Below, one piece after another: positions 40,701 through 50,244 of a DNA stretch of 64,000 nt. The position numbers and the translations under genes are program-made. Within the stretch, counting starts at the first letter, position 1. The number at the start of each line of letters is the position of its first letter. The notes under the pieces were generated by a model. That model did not search any database, was not told the origin of the DNA, and saw only the letters and a list, made by a program, of their open reading frames with translations. Source of the stretch: Candidatus Eiseniibacteriota bacterium (GTDB taxonomy: Bacteria > Eisenbacteria > RBG-16-71-46 > CAVPCR01); NCBI GenBank assembly GCA_963823555.1, contig CAWGMA010000003.1, positions 576,001 through 640,000 of the forward strand, in the 5' to 3' direction.

Positions 40701-41273
40701 CCGAGCGGCTCTGAGCCATATCGCACAGTCCCTTGGACCAGCCACCACTTTGACTTCCAGGACATGACCAAGGATTATAACTGGATGGTGAGGGACCACG
40801 GTGGTGGAGTGAGCCTGTGGGTCGGCGTCGTTGGTGAACCCTGGGTGCAAGTGTTCGATGACATTCAGTATACGACTGCGGTGCCGTCGACAAACAAAGG
40901 CGTCTTTGTCCAGGCGGGAGCAGGGGTCATCTTCGACGACGTGGGCGTGTGGAACACATTCCCTGCCGTTGCGGTAGACGACGCGTCTGAGGTACAGAAC
41001 ACCGCTCCACTCTCGCTCGTCGTGACCTCTCCCCTGTGTTCTGGTGTCACAACCTTCGAGGTGACAAAAAAGGTCGGCTTTGGGTTGCTGAAGGTGTACG
41101 ACGTGACTGGGCGCGAGGTGCAGACGCTTCCCCTGCTCTCCGCGGCCGGTATCCATACCGTGCGGTGGAATGGCCTGACCGCAAATGGGCTCAGAGTACC
41201 AGCGGGCGTGTATTTTGCGCGCGTGCTGTCCGGAGCGGAGCGCGTGAATAAGAAGTTCATCGTCATGCGATAG
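37797..41273 (+). CDS. Secreted multidomain S8 peptidase (Cys-rich domain, PKD, S8, beta-sandwich, FlgD-like CTD)
   Basis: CAGGAGG RBS; signal; FDATASTDPDG…YTWTFGDG (PKD); VDTGID, DHGT, NGTSMSSP; YDVTGR…WNG…PAGVYF. Confidence 0.93.
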   Translation: MDGRALFLSAVLVALASAASAGSNPDATFVLHVRPGLDGTCTIGGQPDCAAVRPTVNVQPSSTCQVYFYLNNVSAVSGVQTAFAWDASWTLLANSWNCRANQLSAVTPDPATHGGARSGTLATVFDCVTSPGLLLIGDMYFMTGATGCLTQVQSSYPFGNHVLDCALGTGAFDPGISPERFGSVCVGSGGHDACDPPSSENLAPLADPGGPYYGPVDVPIQFDATASTDPDGAIVSYTWTFGDGATGTGPTPTHSYTAPNSYEVTLEVTDDGGASAGEETAALAAHMEAALADSVARAGPDDLIPVFGVLATQISSAELYAMTAGLSREESRRAVINAKRSVTSAQDPILQYLEGQAQLGNATPPVSIFSVNAVATEAKVPVVTTLALMPEFDALYLDREAISTIDCTTQPNYLICTGDLCDQAPPGCALNVEAMCIDEEGQPVTIPVPLGPNPDSASVSYALRFLEVPDVWNNFRLKGTGILVLNVDTGIDYCQPSLEHRYSFNTCEGILPDGIDEDQNGFLDDYFGWNYLYQDGDPYTIPRYPSGSCDIGGDHGTFTAGAIVGDASLYPPEGTFEGGSKITGVAPGASLRSFAGTFQSPGNQSSTFRSADYAMAIGADVVSVQFLTCFGSAELETSKKVRVAVQALDAAGILTVASMGNVQTAGGPNDPCPGYAPLFDVPCVPEAIAVGGIWNEQPNPDLCGYARYHHPPGPVTWPDGTFIKPDLVAPAIHVETIAGYWDCHRQLCEGPVPVGEGLPRGTFAHQYHNGTSMSSPLVAGMAAIMFERNNEIRPADLKDVLEGTAFDIPPLGKDNDFGAGVPRLSSALRSISLVNTFDRFLELHAVRAGGLPTNWTFDVDDHSTPIVSIADLTPGGYDPCDPSRPAPRGGLRMQSPLQSRTVGYVWDEQESYYSFTTNFRFDTDPHGDRWLGLLLRWDPETRHCVFIRTRQVVPTDPTSTEFVFGHEEPSGSEPYRTVPWTSHHFDFQDMTKDYNWMVRDHGGGVSLWVGVVGEPWVQVFDDIQYTTAVPSTNKGVFVQAGAGVIFDDVGVWNTFPAVAVDDASEVQNTAPLSLVVTSPLCSGVTTFEVTKKVGFGLLKVYDVTGREVQTLPLLSAAGIHTVRWNGLTANGLRVPAGVYFARVLSGAERVNKKFIVMR

Positions 41274-41461
41274 TATCAAGTATGACTCCAGGAGGGGTGG
41301 AGGGGCTGAGGCGTTGATAGGTCTCAGCATCCTCCATCCCCTCGAAGGCGTGATACGAACGTACGCTGAGTTCCCGCTAGCCGCGCCAACGAGTGGGCGT
41401 CGCCGAAGGGTCGCTGGAGGTGACGATGAAGAGATACGGGCTCGGGCAGCGGGGGCGCGAC

Positions 41462-42703
41462 CTAGCGCTCCTGCCAGTTGGCCTTGATCTGGCCCCATGA
41501 TGACGGGCGCACCGTGTCAACCCCGCAGCCGACGTCCCGAGCGCCGATCAATCCGCAGGTGGAATTGTTCGCCGGAGCGCACGGGGAGTCCGCCTGTAGA
41601 TCCCATCGGTCGGTACCGCAGTATTGCGGATCTGCGGCGAGGTTGTTCAGGCCACCAGGGCATACCGTGTCGTCAGCGTTGCCCCAGACGTCTGAGCAAA
41701 CGACGGTAAGCGCTCCGGCGACGCAGCCGAGGGCTGGCGTCGGACCATTGCCCGTGACGATGCAATTCTCGATAAGGGTTTGCGTCGTTGCCCAGACCGC
41801 TGAGTTGTCGCGGTGACCGGTGTTGCCGGCGATGGTGCAATTCCGAATGGTCGCAGCCCCACCACCTTCGGTCAAGATAGCACCGCAGTATGTTCCCTCA
41901 TTGCCAACAAAGAGACAGCGTTCAACAAGCGCCGTCCCGCCGGCAATGTACAGACCGCCGACAAGCCCACCGAAATTCGCGACGCTTCGATTACCGATGA
42001 AGTCGCAGTCAACAAAGCGCACGTCGCGAGCAGTGACGTCAGCCGCTCCGGCGCCGTTGAGGTTCCTATTCGTGACATTGTTCTCGAATCGGCACCTCGT
42101 GAAGTACGCCGCGTTGCCAAGATGGACGTCGACGGCGCCGATGACTCCAGTGTTGCCGAGGAAAAGCACATCTGTGCAAAACAAGTTTGCATCGAGGCCC
42201 GTCGCCAGGGCTCCACCACCGGTCCCACCTCCATGTGAATCGTGAATCCGGCAGGACTCGAGGTAAAGAGTGGATTGGACCACGATGAACGAAGGTGTAC
42301 CGCCCCCGGGGCTCGTGACGTCGAAGCCGGTCACGGTGACGTCCGCGAGGCCGCGAATGTCGAAACCGACCGCAGGATTGGAGGACAGAAATGTCGCATC
42401 CCGCCCAGCGCCCACGATCAGTAGCTTCTTGCCCGCGATTCTGATCCAAAGTTCGGTGTAGCTCCCGGCGGCCACGACGATGCTGTCCCCGTCGGCCGCG
42501 GCATCGACGGCGGCCTGAATCGTCGGATACTCCGACGGGACGTTGAGCGTAGTGGCGAGGCAGGATGCTGCAGAGAAGGAGCCGAATAGTACACCGAGAG
42601 AGAGGAGAATCGCGGGGGATGGATAGGTGAAGATGGCGGGACTTATGCCAGTAGTGCGCGTGTGTCGGGTGAAGAGAGCTTGCGTCGTTTCAACTCCATC
42701 CAT
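41462..42703 (-). CDS. Secreted beta-helix protein with SWGxxK tail
   Basis: TTLNVPSEYPTIQAAV…, CxFxxN repeats, ADPQYC, SPCAP…CGLIGA; ends TVRPSSWGQIKANWQER. Confidence 0.9.
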   Translation of the reverse strand: MDGVETTQALFTRHTRTTGISPAIFTYPSPAILLSLGVLFGSFSAASCLATTLNVPSEYPTIQAAVDAAADGDSIVVAAGSYTELWIRIAGKKLLIVGAGRDATFLSSNPAVGFDIRGLADVTVTGFDVTSPGGGTPSFIVVQSTLYLESCRIHDSHGGGTGGGALATGLDANLFCTDVLFLGNTGVIGAVDVHLGNAAYFTRCRFENNVTNRNLNGAGAADVTARDVRFVDCDFIGNRSVANFGGLVGGLYIAGGTALVERCLFVGNEGTYCGAILTEGGGAATIRNCTIAGNTGHRDNSAVWATTQTLIENCIVTGNGPTPALGCVAGALTVVCSDVWGNADDTVCPGGLNNLAADPQYCGTDRWDLQADSPCAPANNSTCGLIGARDVGCGVDTVRPSSWGQIKANWQER

Positions 42704-42936
42704 TGCACCACCTCACAGGAAGTGTACCAGATCCCCGCAGCGGCATCAATGCCTCTCTCGTGCGTGTCGCGATGTTGATTGAGCGCGCCAGGACTTTGGA
42801 CGCCGCCCCCGCGCGGCGCAGTCGACTGTCGCCGTTGATGTTATGATGCTTCTCCGTCGGCTCTGCAGACGATTCTCGCGGAGCTTTGGGATGATCGGTA
42901 GAGGCACTACTTCGGTGCCGCGGGCGGCCCAAGCAC

Positions 42937-43431
42937 GGCTGGACGGCCCTGCTCCACGCCATCTCCCTGGCCGCGGGGCCTGGACCTTCCCATGGAGCCG
43001 AGCTGCGCCCAGCCGGCGGCGCCTTCAGGGGGCGATCGCGCCCACACCCCAGGGGGGCGGGAGGGAAGCCTTCTCCGGCCCCCTTTCCCGGCCAAGCGTG
43101 GAGGCCAGTGAAGGCCGGCTGGGCGGTTGCACGAGAGAAAGGTTCGACGCGCCACGAAGTCCGGGAAAGGAGGATGGTGCCCGCTGCTTGAGACCCTTCG
43201 CCGAGACCCTGTGGGGAACCAATCCCATCCGGCAGGGGCCGGCCAGTAGCCGGGAAGCGAGTCTCTCGCGGTCGTCGGGTGGCCGGTCAACGGTCAAGGG
43301 GTCGAGCACGCTGGCTGTAGCGAGAGTGCGGAAGGGGAGCGGCGGGGTTTCCCGGACCCCTTCGGGAGGGGCCACGAGAAGGCCCCGCCGGGCGGTCGCA
43401 AAGAGAGAATGGTTCGAACACCGTCCCACTT
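42937..43431 (+). repeat. Composite spacer L2 (type-2 rve 5' scar plus att left arm), related to 46370-46677
   Basis: GCCCTGCTCCACGCCATCTCCCTGGCC scar; shared GAAGCGAGTCT and GGGCGGTCGCAAAGAGAGA…GGTTCG. Confidence 0.7.
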
Positions 43432-43720
43432 GGGGAGCCATCATCGGGAGTCGCGAACTGCAAGCGGCTCCGTGGTTAACGCGTGGCCCCGGTGGAGCGA
43501 TCCGCCGGGGTCGCGTCGTTGTGCGAGAAGTCGCACCGAGTTGCGGGTGCAAGCGCGGCGGGTGCGACTCTCTGTTCGCGAACGGTGCGAGTTGGCGGCC
43601 CGAGATGCGGCCGCGAAATGGGGCGATGGTACCCGAAACTCTCTCCTTCGTGGCGAGAGTCGGAGAATTGGTGAACGGGACCGCACTACTTGGTGGCCAA
43701 GTGGGACGGTATTCGAAATC
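43432..43720 (+). repeat. Module R1 copy 2 with att-like core GGGGAGCCA
   Basis: Similar to 1436-1722; bounded by a 20/21 inverted repeat (43413-43433 vs 43697-43717). Confidence 0.9.
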
Positions 43721-43791
43721 CTCGGCCGGTGGTAAACTAGTTGCGTCCTCCCCATCTTGGCGTACTTACTCCTGACCCGAGGAGGCCCGCC

Positions 43792-43974
43792 GTGCGCTGC
43801 TTTGCCTTGGCTATTGCCGCTTCGATCGCCATCGTGCTCAGCCAGGCTGCTGCTGCCCAGGAGCCGCCGATGGTGCAATTGACCTTCGGCCCTACGAACG
43901 ACCGGTATCCCGCTTCCATGATGGCCTTTCATCATGGTTCACGGCGGGCCGTCTGTTCCGACTGCACGCCCTGA
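43792..43974 (+). pseudogene. Truncated secreted PD40/TolB-like gene start
   Basis: GAGGAGG RBS, signal peptide, QLTFGPTNDRYPAS resembles a first PD40 repeat, then similarity is lost. Confidence 0.55.
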
Positions 43975-44229
43975 CTATGTTGGCTGCGGCCACGAGGCTT
44001 CGAGAAGTGAAAGTCCTCCCCCTGAGCAGGTCAAGGCGAAGGGGGAGGCGTCCACATGCGCAGCCTACCCCAGCCGCCTCAAGCAAGCGTCGAATTACAC
44101 CGGCGCGCCGACGAACAACCGCGCTGAACGAGGACCGGATGGCCTGTGGAGACCGAGATCGAAGCTCCTATCTTGTCCATCGTACCATCGCACCACGGTC
44201 AAGTAGATGGATAAACCCGGGTTCAGGAA

Positions 44230-46191
44230 ATGACGAGATTACGGAAGCACGTCAAGACGTACGCTAACAACCCCAAACATGGGGCACCGGTGGCGCTTTT
44301 CGTACTGGCGCTCCTTGCTCGAGTGATCTATCTCTTGCAGTACAGGAGCAGTCCCTTTTTCGAGTTCCCCATCATTGACAGCGCCACCTATGATCGTATG
44401 GCGTGGGATTACGCGCAGGGAAGGCCGCTATGGAAGGGCGCGTTCTGGCAACCACCGCTGTACCCATGGTTTCTAGGATTACTCTACAACATTCTCGGCC
44501 ACTCGCTGTTCGGCGTCCGTGTGATACAGGCGCTCCTTAGTTCGGTGTCCTGCATTCTGCTCTATGGCATTGGGCGCAACGTCTTTTCCCGGCGGGTTGG
44601 TATCATGGCGGGGGCTATCATGGCTGTCAATGGCACCTTGATCTACTTCGATGGCGAGCTCTTACCAGCAAGCCTCTACGTATTCCTACTTCTCTGTGGC
44701 CTTGTTGCGCTCCTACACGCTTCCAGCACCAAGGTGAATGAGTGGATGTGGAGATTAGCAGCCGGCCTGATTCTGGGTCTAGCCGCCCTGACTCGCTCAG
44801 ATGTGATGCTGTTCCTTTGTCTCGGGGCGGCATGGGCATGGTCGATGGCTCGTGGGCGGTGGCATGAACGACTCGCCTCTCCGGCCTTTCTTGTGGTTGG
44901 CGCCGCTATAGCGGTTTTGCCCGTAACCGTTCGAAACTACTATGCTTCAGACGACGTGGTTCTGGTCTCTTCCAACGGTGGCTTGAACTTCTATCTCGGG
45001 AACAACCCTAAGGCAGATAGTACCGTAGCAATACGTCCCGGTTTCGCATGGGAGAGTCTTGTGAATGAACCATTTCTGAAAGGCGGAATTGAGAAGCCGT
45101 CTGCCCGTTCGCGCTATTTCTTCCAGAAAGGATGGGTGTTCCTTCTGGAGAATCCCAGGGCGGGAGCTAGGCTGTATCTAGAGAAAGCTGCTCGCTTCTG
45201 GAATTCACTTGAAATCGGGAGAAATCGAGATGTGTACAGCACAAGGGGAAATTCTCGGTTGCTATCTATCCTCCTATGGCGCGTTGGTCCCTTTGGGTTT
45301 CCATTTGGACTCCTTGTGCCACTTGCTTGCGTCGGTGTTATGACATGTGTCCCGCTCAGTCGTGGTGCGGTGTTGTTGGTTGTGTTCGTCGCCAGCTACA
45401 TGGTCGTCGTGGTGGCGTTTTTTGTTGCCTCGCGCTACCGGCTTCCGATATTGCCGATTATGGGTATTTTTGCGGCGCAGTACGTCAGTTGGCTAGCGAG
45501 ACAATTGTCGCATCGGCGTTTGCGACCGGCCATTCTGTCCGTTGCGCTCTTTGCATTGGTTGCCGTGGGTGTAAGTCCAGGTCTTCCAGCGATCGTTGAG
45601 AGCTACGGGGGCGAGGAAGACCGATATCTAGGGGTGTATTACGTAGACAGAGGTCGATACAAGGAGGCGGAGGCAGCTTATCGCCGGGCGCTCGCGGTCA
45701 CACCGGACTATCCGGAGGCGCACTCGGAGCTCGGGCAACTGCTCCTTGTTCAAGCCCGTAGTCGGGAGGCTCTCTATCACCTTAAGAGGGCGAACGAATT
45801 GTGTGGTTTCTCGGAGAGGACTCATTACTTGCTTGGGATCGGCTTGAGAGCGTCAGGAGACTCAGTAGAGGCAGAAAGGGTGTTTCGCAAGGCAATCAGT
45901 ATTGCACCGTACGGACCGGCTCATCGAGAGCTAGGAGTGCTGCTTCTAGAGCAGGGGCGAATAGCGGAGGCGGAGGGGCTTCTCCTGGAGGCCGTGCGGT
46001 GCGATCCATCCGACCTCGATGCATGGTACAAACTCGGGCAGTGCTACTTCCTACTTGGGAGTTACGGAAAGGCCGAGGATGCTCTGCAGGGAGCACTTAG
46101 GCTGGCCCCCGGTGACGCAGAGATCAGGGAGAAAATCAGGAGCCTTCAGATCTTAAGAGGCTCTTCCGGGAGTCGAGTGGGTGATTTGTAA
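44230..46191 (+). CDS. GT-C glycosyltransferase (PMT/GT39-like) with C-terminal TPRs
   Basis: IIDSATYD…QPPLYPWFL, many TMs, NGGLNFYLGNN, RYRLP; YRRALAVTPDYPEAH-type TPRs. Confidence 0.9.
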   Translation: MTRLRKHVKTYANNPKHGAPVALFVLALLARVIYLLQYRSSPFFEFPIIDSATYDRMAWDYAQGRPLWKGAFWQPPLYPWFLGLLYNILGHSLFGVRVIQALLSSVSCILLYGIGRNVFSRRVGIMAGAIMAVNGTLIYFDGELLPASLYVFLLLCGLVALLHASSTKVNEWMWRLAAGLILGLAALTRSDVMLFLCLGAAWAWSMARGRWHERLASPAFLVVGAAIAVLPVTVRNYYASDDVVLVSSNGGLNFYLGNNPKADSTVAIRPGFAWESLVNEPFLKGGIEKPSARSRYFFQKGWVFLLENPRAGARLYLEKAARFWNSLEIGRNRDVYSTRGNSRLLSILLWRVGPFGFPFGLLVPLACVGVMTCVPLSRGAVLLVVFVASYMVVVVAFFVASRYRLPILPIMGIFAAQYVSWLARQLSHRRLRPAILSVALFALVAVGVSPGLPAIVESYGGEEDRYLGVYYVDRGRYKEAEAAYRRALAVTPDYPEAHSELGQLLLVQARSREALYHLKRANELCGFSERTHYLLGIGLRASGDSVEAERVFRKAISIAPYGPAHRELGVLLLEQGRIAEAEGLLLEAVRCDPSDLDAWYKLGQCYFLLGSYGKAEDALQGALRLAPGDAEIREKIRSLQILRGSSGSRVGDL

Positions 46192-46199
46192 CCGCCTCT

Positions 46200-46470
46200 T
46201 TACGCCCCGTTGTGTTGGTCCACCGAATCTCGGCCGCCTCGCCCCGGTGGCGGAACCTGATGCATGGGAGGATGTTATCTTGTGTGAATCGTCGGCCCCG
46301 CGAGGGAGTTACCCGGAGCGCAGGATGATGTCCTCTCACGTTTTGCGCCCTTGTCGCGCTGCCGAAAGGCTGGACACGGCACGTCCGCTCCGCCCTGCTC
46401 CAGGCCATGTTGTTGGTCGCTACGGCTTGGAACCTCGCCCGGGGCCAGGCGGTCACGAGCTGCCATCGAC
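46200..46470 (+). mobile_element. Left-end scar of the type-2 rve IS
   Basis: TTGGTCCACCGAATC…GGCGGAACCTGATGCA…GATGTTATC matches 35735-35960. Confidence 0.8.
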
Positions 46471-46656
46471 GGGAACGCCTCCCCGGCAGAGCCTGGCCAG
46501 CGGCCGGAAGCGAGTCTTGCGTGGCCATCGGGTAACCGGTGTCGGGGGTCAGCCTGGTGGTGGGCAGCGAGAGGGCGGGTTCGGGGCTGCCTATCGCGGA
46601 CTCCCTTGGCAAAGGGGCCATAGGAAGGCTCGGCAGGGCGGTCGCAAAGAGAGAGA

Positions 46657-46860
46657 GGTTCGCACACCGTCCAAGATGGGGAGCCAAATGTGGCTGTCTG
46701 CGAGGCGAGACGGGTACGGAAGTCCGTACCTGACCTCGACGGTCAGACGGTCATGAACGAGCACCTTCTTCACCACTTGGTGGAGGAGGTGCTTCTTTTG
46801 GGGGGCCGGTCCCTCGGCCATGACCTCCTCGAACCTCTTGACGATCTGCTCCAGCTCCCG
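46657..46860 (-). pseudogene. 3' remnant of a second LSR reading through an att-like site (core 46678-46686)
   Basis: [29 protein letters not shown]…HIWLPILDGVRT. Confidence 0.75.
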
Positions 46861-47027
46861 TCGGGGAAGAAGATGTCGCCGACGTTGAGCCCGACGATCT
46901 CTCCCAGCGGGAGGCCGGTGCCGAGGGCGAGGGAGAATATCGTGTGGTCACGGGGGCATGTGGCGCTCGCATCTAGCAACGCTCGCTGCTCGGCGGCGGT
47001 CAGGGTGGTAGGGGAGAGGTGGGGCAT
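46860..47027 (-). pseudogene. Small tyrosine recombinase N-terminus (fragment 6)
   Basis: [18 protein letters not shown]…[30 protein letters not shown]. Confidence 0.85.
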
Positions 47028-47101
47028 CGGCGGTGGTCCTCAGAGTCCAGGGTCAATGATGCCTCGGGGGGACGGCGGGTCAAGGCTGCACCGATAGGAG
47101 G

Positions 47102-47318
47102 TCACCTGGAGGGCAGGAGGCACCTGCTGCTCATCGCGCTGCGGGAGGCCGCGTGATCCTCACCACCTATCCGATCGAAGATCGGACGAGATCGCGGAAT
47201 CTGTTCGCCGCGCGGGCGACGAACGCCTAACGCGTATCTGCGACGACCCGGTTGTCGGGGCTGACCCGGGGAACTGCGTGTCGGAGCGGAGTCCTGAAAT
47301 CGATGGACTACTACACCT
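47102..47318 (+). mobile_element. Right-end scar of the type-2 rve IS
   Basis: HLEGRRHL…ALREAA* and GAAATCGATGGAC match 37126-37338. Confidence 0.75.
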
Positions 47319-47421
47319 GACCTGCCCGGCCCTCTCCTTACCAACCCCGTCGCGCTCAGAACACCCGGCTTCACCTGCGGCCGCGCTGTGTCAGCGGGCG
47401 GCCGCCGGGTGTATGCCGCTG

Positions 47422-47808
47422 CTAAGGCCGCCGTTTCCCTGCCAAGTGCCCCCCGACAACTCCGGAAGGCACGATGAGAACGAACGACACGATGCCGTAC
47501 CATCGGGGAAGGTCTTCGCTCAGGCCCGCGAATTCGGCGATGAGGCCGATGAACAGTGCCCCGAGACCGACAGCCGCCCCGTGCCGCGCCTGCTGTGTTT
47601 CGACCAGACGGCCGGCAACGAAACCGCCGAGTGCCACGAGAGCCAAGCCGACGACTTCGGCGGCAATGAGCGCGCCCATGGTGTTCGGCGTCGCCGCCGC
47701 CGCGTCAGGTCCCTTCGTCACGACGATCAGGGCAGCGTACAGCACCCCAACGAGGATGCTGCCGACGGTATCGACCAGCAAACCCACCACAATCGGCCAG
47801 GCTTTCAA
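47422..47808 (-). CDS. Small four-TM membrane protein
   Basis: Four hydrophobic Gly-rich helices; GGAG RBS before a TTG start. Confidence 0.75.
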   Translation of the reverse strand: MKAWPIVVGLLVDTVGSILVGVLYAALIVVTKGPDAAAATPNTMGALIAAEVVGLALVALGGFVAGRLVETQQARHGAAVGLGALFIGLIAEFAGLSEDLPRWYGIVSFVLIVPSGVVGGHLAGKRRP

Positions 47809-47871
47809 TCTCGCTCCCCCTTATCAAGGCCTGAGGTAAGAGACACTTCTACCCTCTATCATAGACCCAAC

Positions 47872-49444
47872 GGCAGAGTCTCGGTAGTTGTTGAATAAGG
47901 TCTGACGTTCTCTCCGGACCTCTTGAATCCTAGCGTTTCGAGCCGTTTGCTTCCATCTTCAGAATGCGGTCTGCGATTTCCTTCCTCCTGGCCGCGGTGA
48001 GCCCTGGATGGGCTGTTCGCCCGATGATCGCTGAGAACCGGCTTCACCAGAGGCCCCAGGATCAACGTTCTCGAGTCGGTCCGACCCGTAGTACCCCCCT
48101 CTTTCGGGGTGGCGGGGGCTCGGCGCGGATCCCGGGAGTCTCATGCGAGCTTCCTCTGCGCGCCGTCGATCATCTCCTCGAGCTTATGGTACCCGTCGAT
48201 CTTGCGCAGGCGGATCGCACCAGAAGCGATCAGACCGAACAGCAAGGTCAGCGCCGCCGCCTCGGTCGGGAACGACCCCTGGGTCTTGGTCCGCCGGCGG
48301 AACTCCTCGTTGATCCGCTCGATCAGGTTCGTCGTGCGCAGACTCTTCCACATCGCGGCGGGGAAGTTGTAGAAGGTCAGCAGCTCCCGCCCCGCCTCCT
48401 CGAGGCTGACGACGACCTCCGGCACCAGCGGCTGCCACTTCCGGCAGAACGCCGCGTAGGCCTTCTCGGCCGCCTCTCGGTTCTCGGCGTGGGTGATCGC
48501 CGCATAGTCGCGCTTGAGCTCGGCGTGGCAGTGCTTCGGCGCCTTGGCCAGCAGGTTCTCCAGCTTATGCCATGTGCACCTCTGCAGCTCGGCCTCCGGC
48601 CACGCCTCCCGCACCGCACGGATCAGGCCCGCGTTGCCGTCGAGCAGCACCAGCCGCGGCGCGACCAGGTTCAGCGCGACGAGTCCCTCGATCACTCCCG
48701 CCCACGCCTTCAAGCTCTCGCTCGGCGCCAGTCGCAGCTCGAGCAGCTCCTTCTCGCCGGTGGCCTTCACCCCGACCACCACCTGCACCGGCACCTTGAC
48801 CACCCGCCGGGCCAGCCGCACCGGCAGCCGCATCGCATCCAGGATCACGATCGCGTACGACTCGCGGCTCAGGTCGCGTCCTCGCCACATGGCGAACAGA
48901 TCCTGCAGCCGCTTGACCACCCGCGACACCGCACTCCGGGACATCGCCGTCCCCTCGACCAGCGGCTTCAGCGCCAGTCGGATCTTCCGCGTGTTCGTCC
49001 CCGTCAGGTAGCTCGTGACCAAGGCCGCGTCCAACCGCCGCGTGCGCCGCGCGTAGCGCCGGACGATGTCGCTCGTGAACTCCTGCGTCCCCGTCGTGGT
49101 CCGCAAGCGAGCGCGGGGCACCTCCACCTCCACCGGGCCGAACGAGGTCATCAACCGCCGCGGCGGCCGGCTGCCGTGCCGGTAGCCGGTGCGGGCCTCG
49201 GTGCGCTCCCGGAGGCTGGCCCCCAGGGCACCCTCCACTTCCTCGTCGAGGATGTCGACGATCATCTCCCGGACCCGGCCCCGGACGAGGGTCTCGAGAT
49301 CATGGAAATCCGCTGGCGGCACCAGCAACTGCGCAGTACGATCTTTCACGGCGTATTCCTCCGGTTAAGCCCATACTGGGCTTTGCTTTATGACACCCGG
49401 AGAATACGCCATTTCCCTTTCTCAACAAGTCCCGGGACGCTGCC
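47872..49444 (-). mobile_element. IS256-family element, copy 2 (1573 bp), inserted in an IS3-like left-end scar
   Basis: Near-identical to 17881-19453; 8-bp TSD GACCCAAC at 47864-47871 and 49445-49452. Confidence 0.95.
48141..49349 (-). CDS. IS256 transposase
   Basis: Differs from 18150..19358 at about four residues. Confidence 0.95.
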   Translation of the reverse strand: MKDRTAQLLVPPADFHDLETLVRGRVREMIVDILDEEVEGALGASLRERTEARTGYRHGSRPPRRLMTSFGPVEVEVPRARLRTTTGTQEFTSDIVRRYARRTRRLDAALVTSYLTGTNTRKIRLALKPLVEGTAMSRSAVSRVVKRLQDLFAMWRGRDLSRESYAIVILDAMRLPVRLARRVVKVPVQVVVGVKATGEKELLELRLAPSESLKAWAGVIEGLVALNLVAPRLVLLDGNAGLIRAVREAWPEAELQRCTWHKLENLLAKAPKHCHAELKRDYAAITHAENREAAEKAYAAFCRKWQPLVPEVVVSLEEAGRELLTFYNFPAAMWKSLRTTNLIERINEEFRRRTKTQGSFPTEAAALTLLFGLIASGAIRLRKIDGYHKLEEMIDGAQRKLA

Positions 49445-49717
49445 GACCCAACCGAGGAGGGACACTATGGCCCATGACTCGCGTCCGGAGTCCGTGGTCC
49501 GCGAGATCCGCCGCAAGACCCGCCGCCGCGCGGGTAACGAACTCACGCGGATCTGCGATGGCCTGGTTGTTGGCGCTGGCGGGGGAACCACGGATCCGGG
49601 CGGTGTGCTGAAGTCGGTGTACGAGCACAGGCGGGTCGAATCCCCTGATAGGACCGGCATTGTCTGGGAGAGGTGGAGTACAATCACCGGAGGAGGTATC
49701 GAGCGAGGGGGGCAACG

Positions 49718-50077
49718 ATGAACACCTTGGAATACCTGATCAATCTCGTCGTGTACGAGTTCTTGCTTATGCTCATCTTGAGCCCGATTCTGCTTGCAGC
49801 CATCGGTATCATGGAAGGGATCAAGTTGCTTGAACTCGGCGCGATCGCTGGTGTGGCTAGGGTGTTGTTGTTTCTCGTGGTGATAGTCGTGTTGCTGGGC
49901 ATGCCCTATGTGGCCCACAAGGCAGCGGGGAATCGCGTGCTGGCCAATATGTCGTTCATGAGTGCCCTCAGGAGCGCATGGGTTGACACGCGGGTCGAAC
50001 TTCAGTTCCTGCCAATCATCGGACAGTGGCTGTCGGGCCTACTGGGGGCACGGGACGACCGAGGCGAAGACTTCTAG
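49718..50077 (+). CDS. Hypothetical membrane protein
   Basis: GAGGGGG RBS; two TM helices. Confidence 0.6.
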   Translation: MNTLEYLINLVVYEFLLMLILSPILLAAIGIMEGIKLLELGAIAGVARVLLFLVVIVVLLGMPYVAHKAAGNRVLANMSFMSALRSAWVDTRVELQFLPIIGQWLSGLLGARDDRGEDF

Positions 50078-50244
50078 AGGATGCCATGGCTCCTCTGACG
50101 ATTCGACTTGGCGGTGGGTGACCGCCCACCCTCGCTGAATCTTGGGAGTCGTGCGATGCTCCAGCCTGACAGCTCATACCACTGGTTCGATGCAGGTTCG
50201 TCTCTGTTCGGACGTAGCGCCGTGGCGTTGGGCCTCATAGTCGA

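Noticed and set aside
43411..43440. Additional tRNA genes at the GGTTCG…GGAGCCA sites
   Set aside because: No D or anticodon arms, and spacing is 5 nt longer than in a tRNA; treated as att-like sites.
42843..43775. 310-aa ORF and other Arg/Pro-rich ORFs across repeats and spacers
   Set aside because: Low-complexity GC-rich shadow frames crossing repeat junctions.
44050..44130. IS66 remnant (PTNNRAER)
   Set aside because: Single short motif, too little to support a feature.
17881..49444. Composite transposon bounded by the two IS256 copies
   Set aside because: Each copy has its own distinct TSD, so they are independent insertions.
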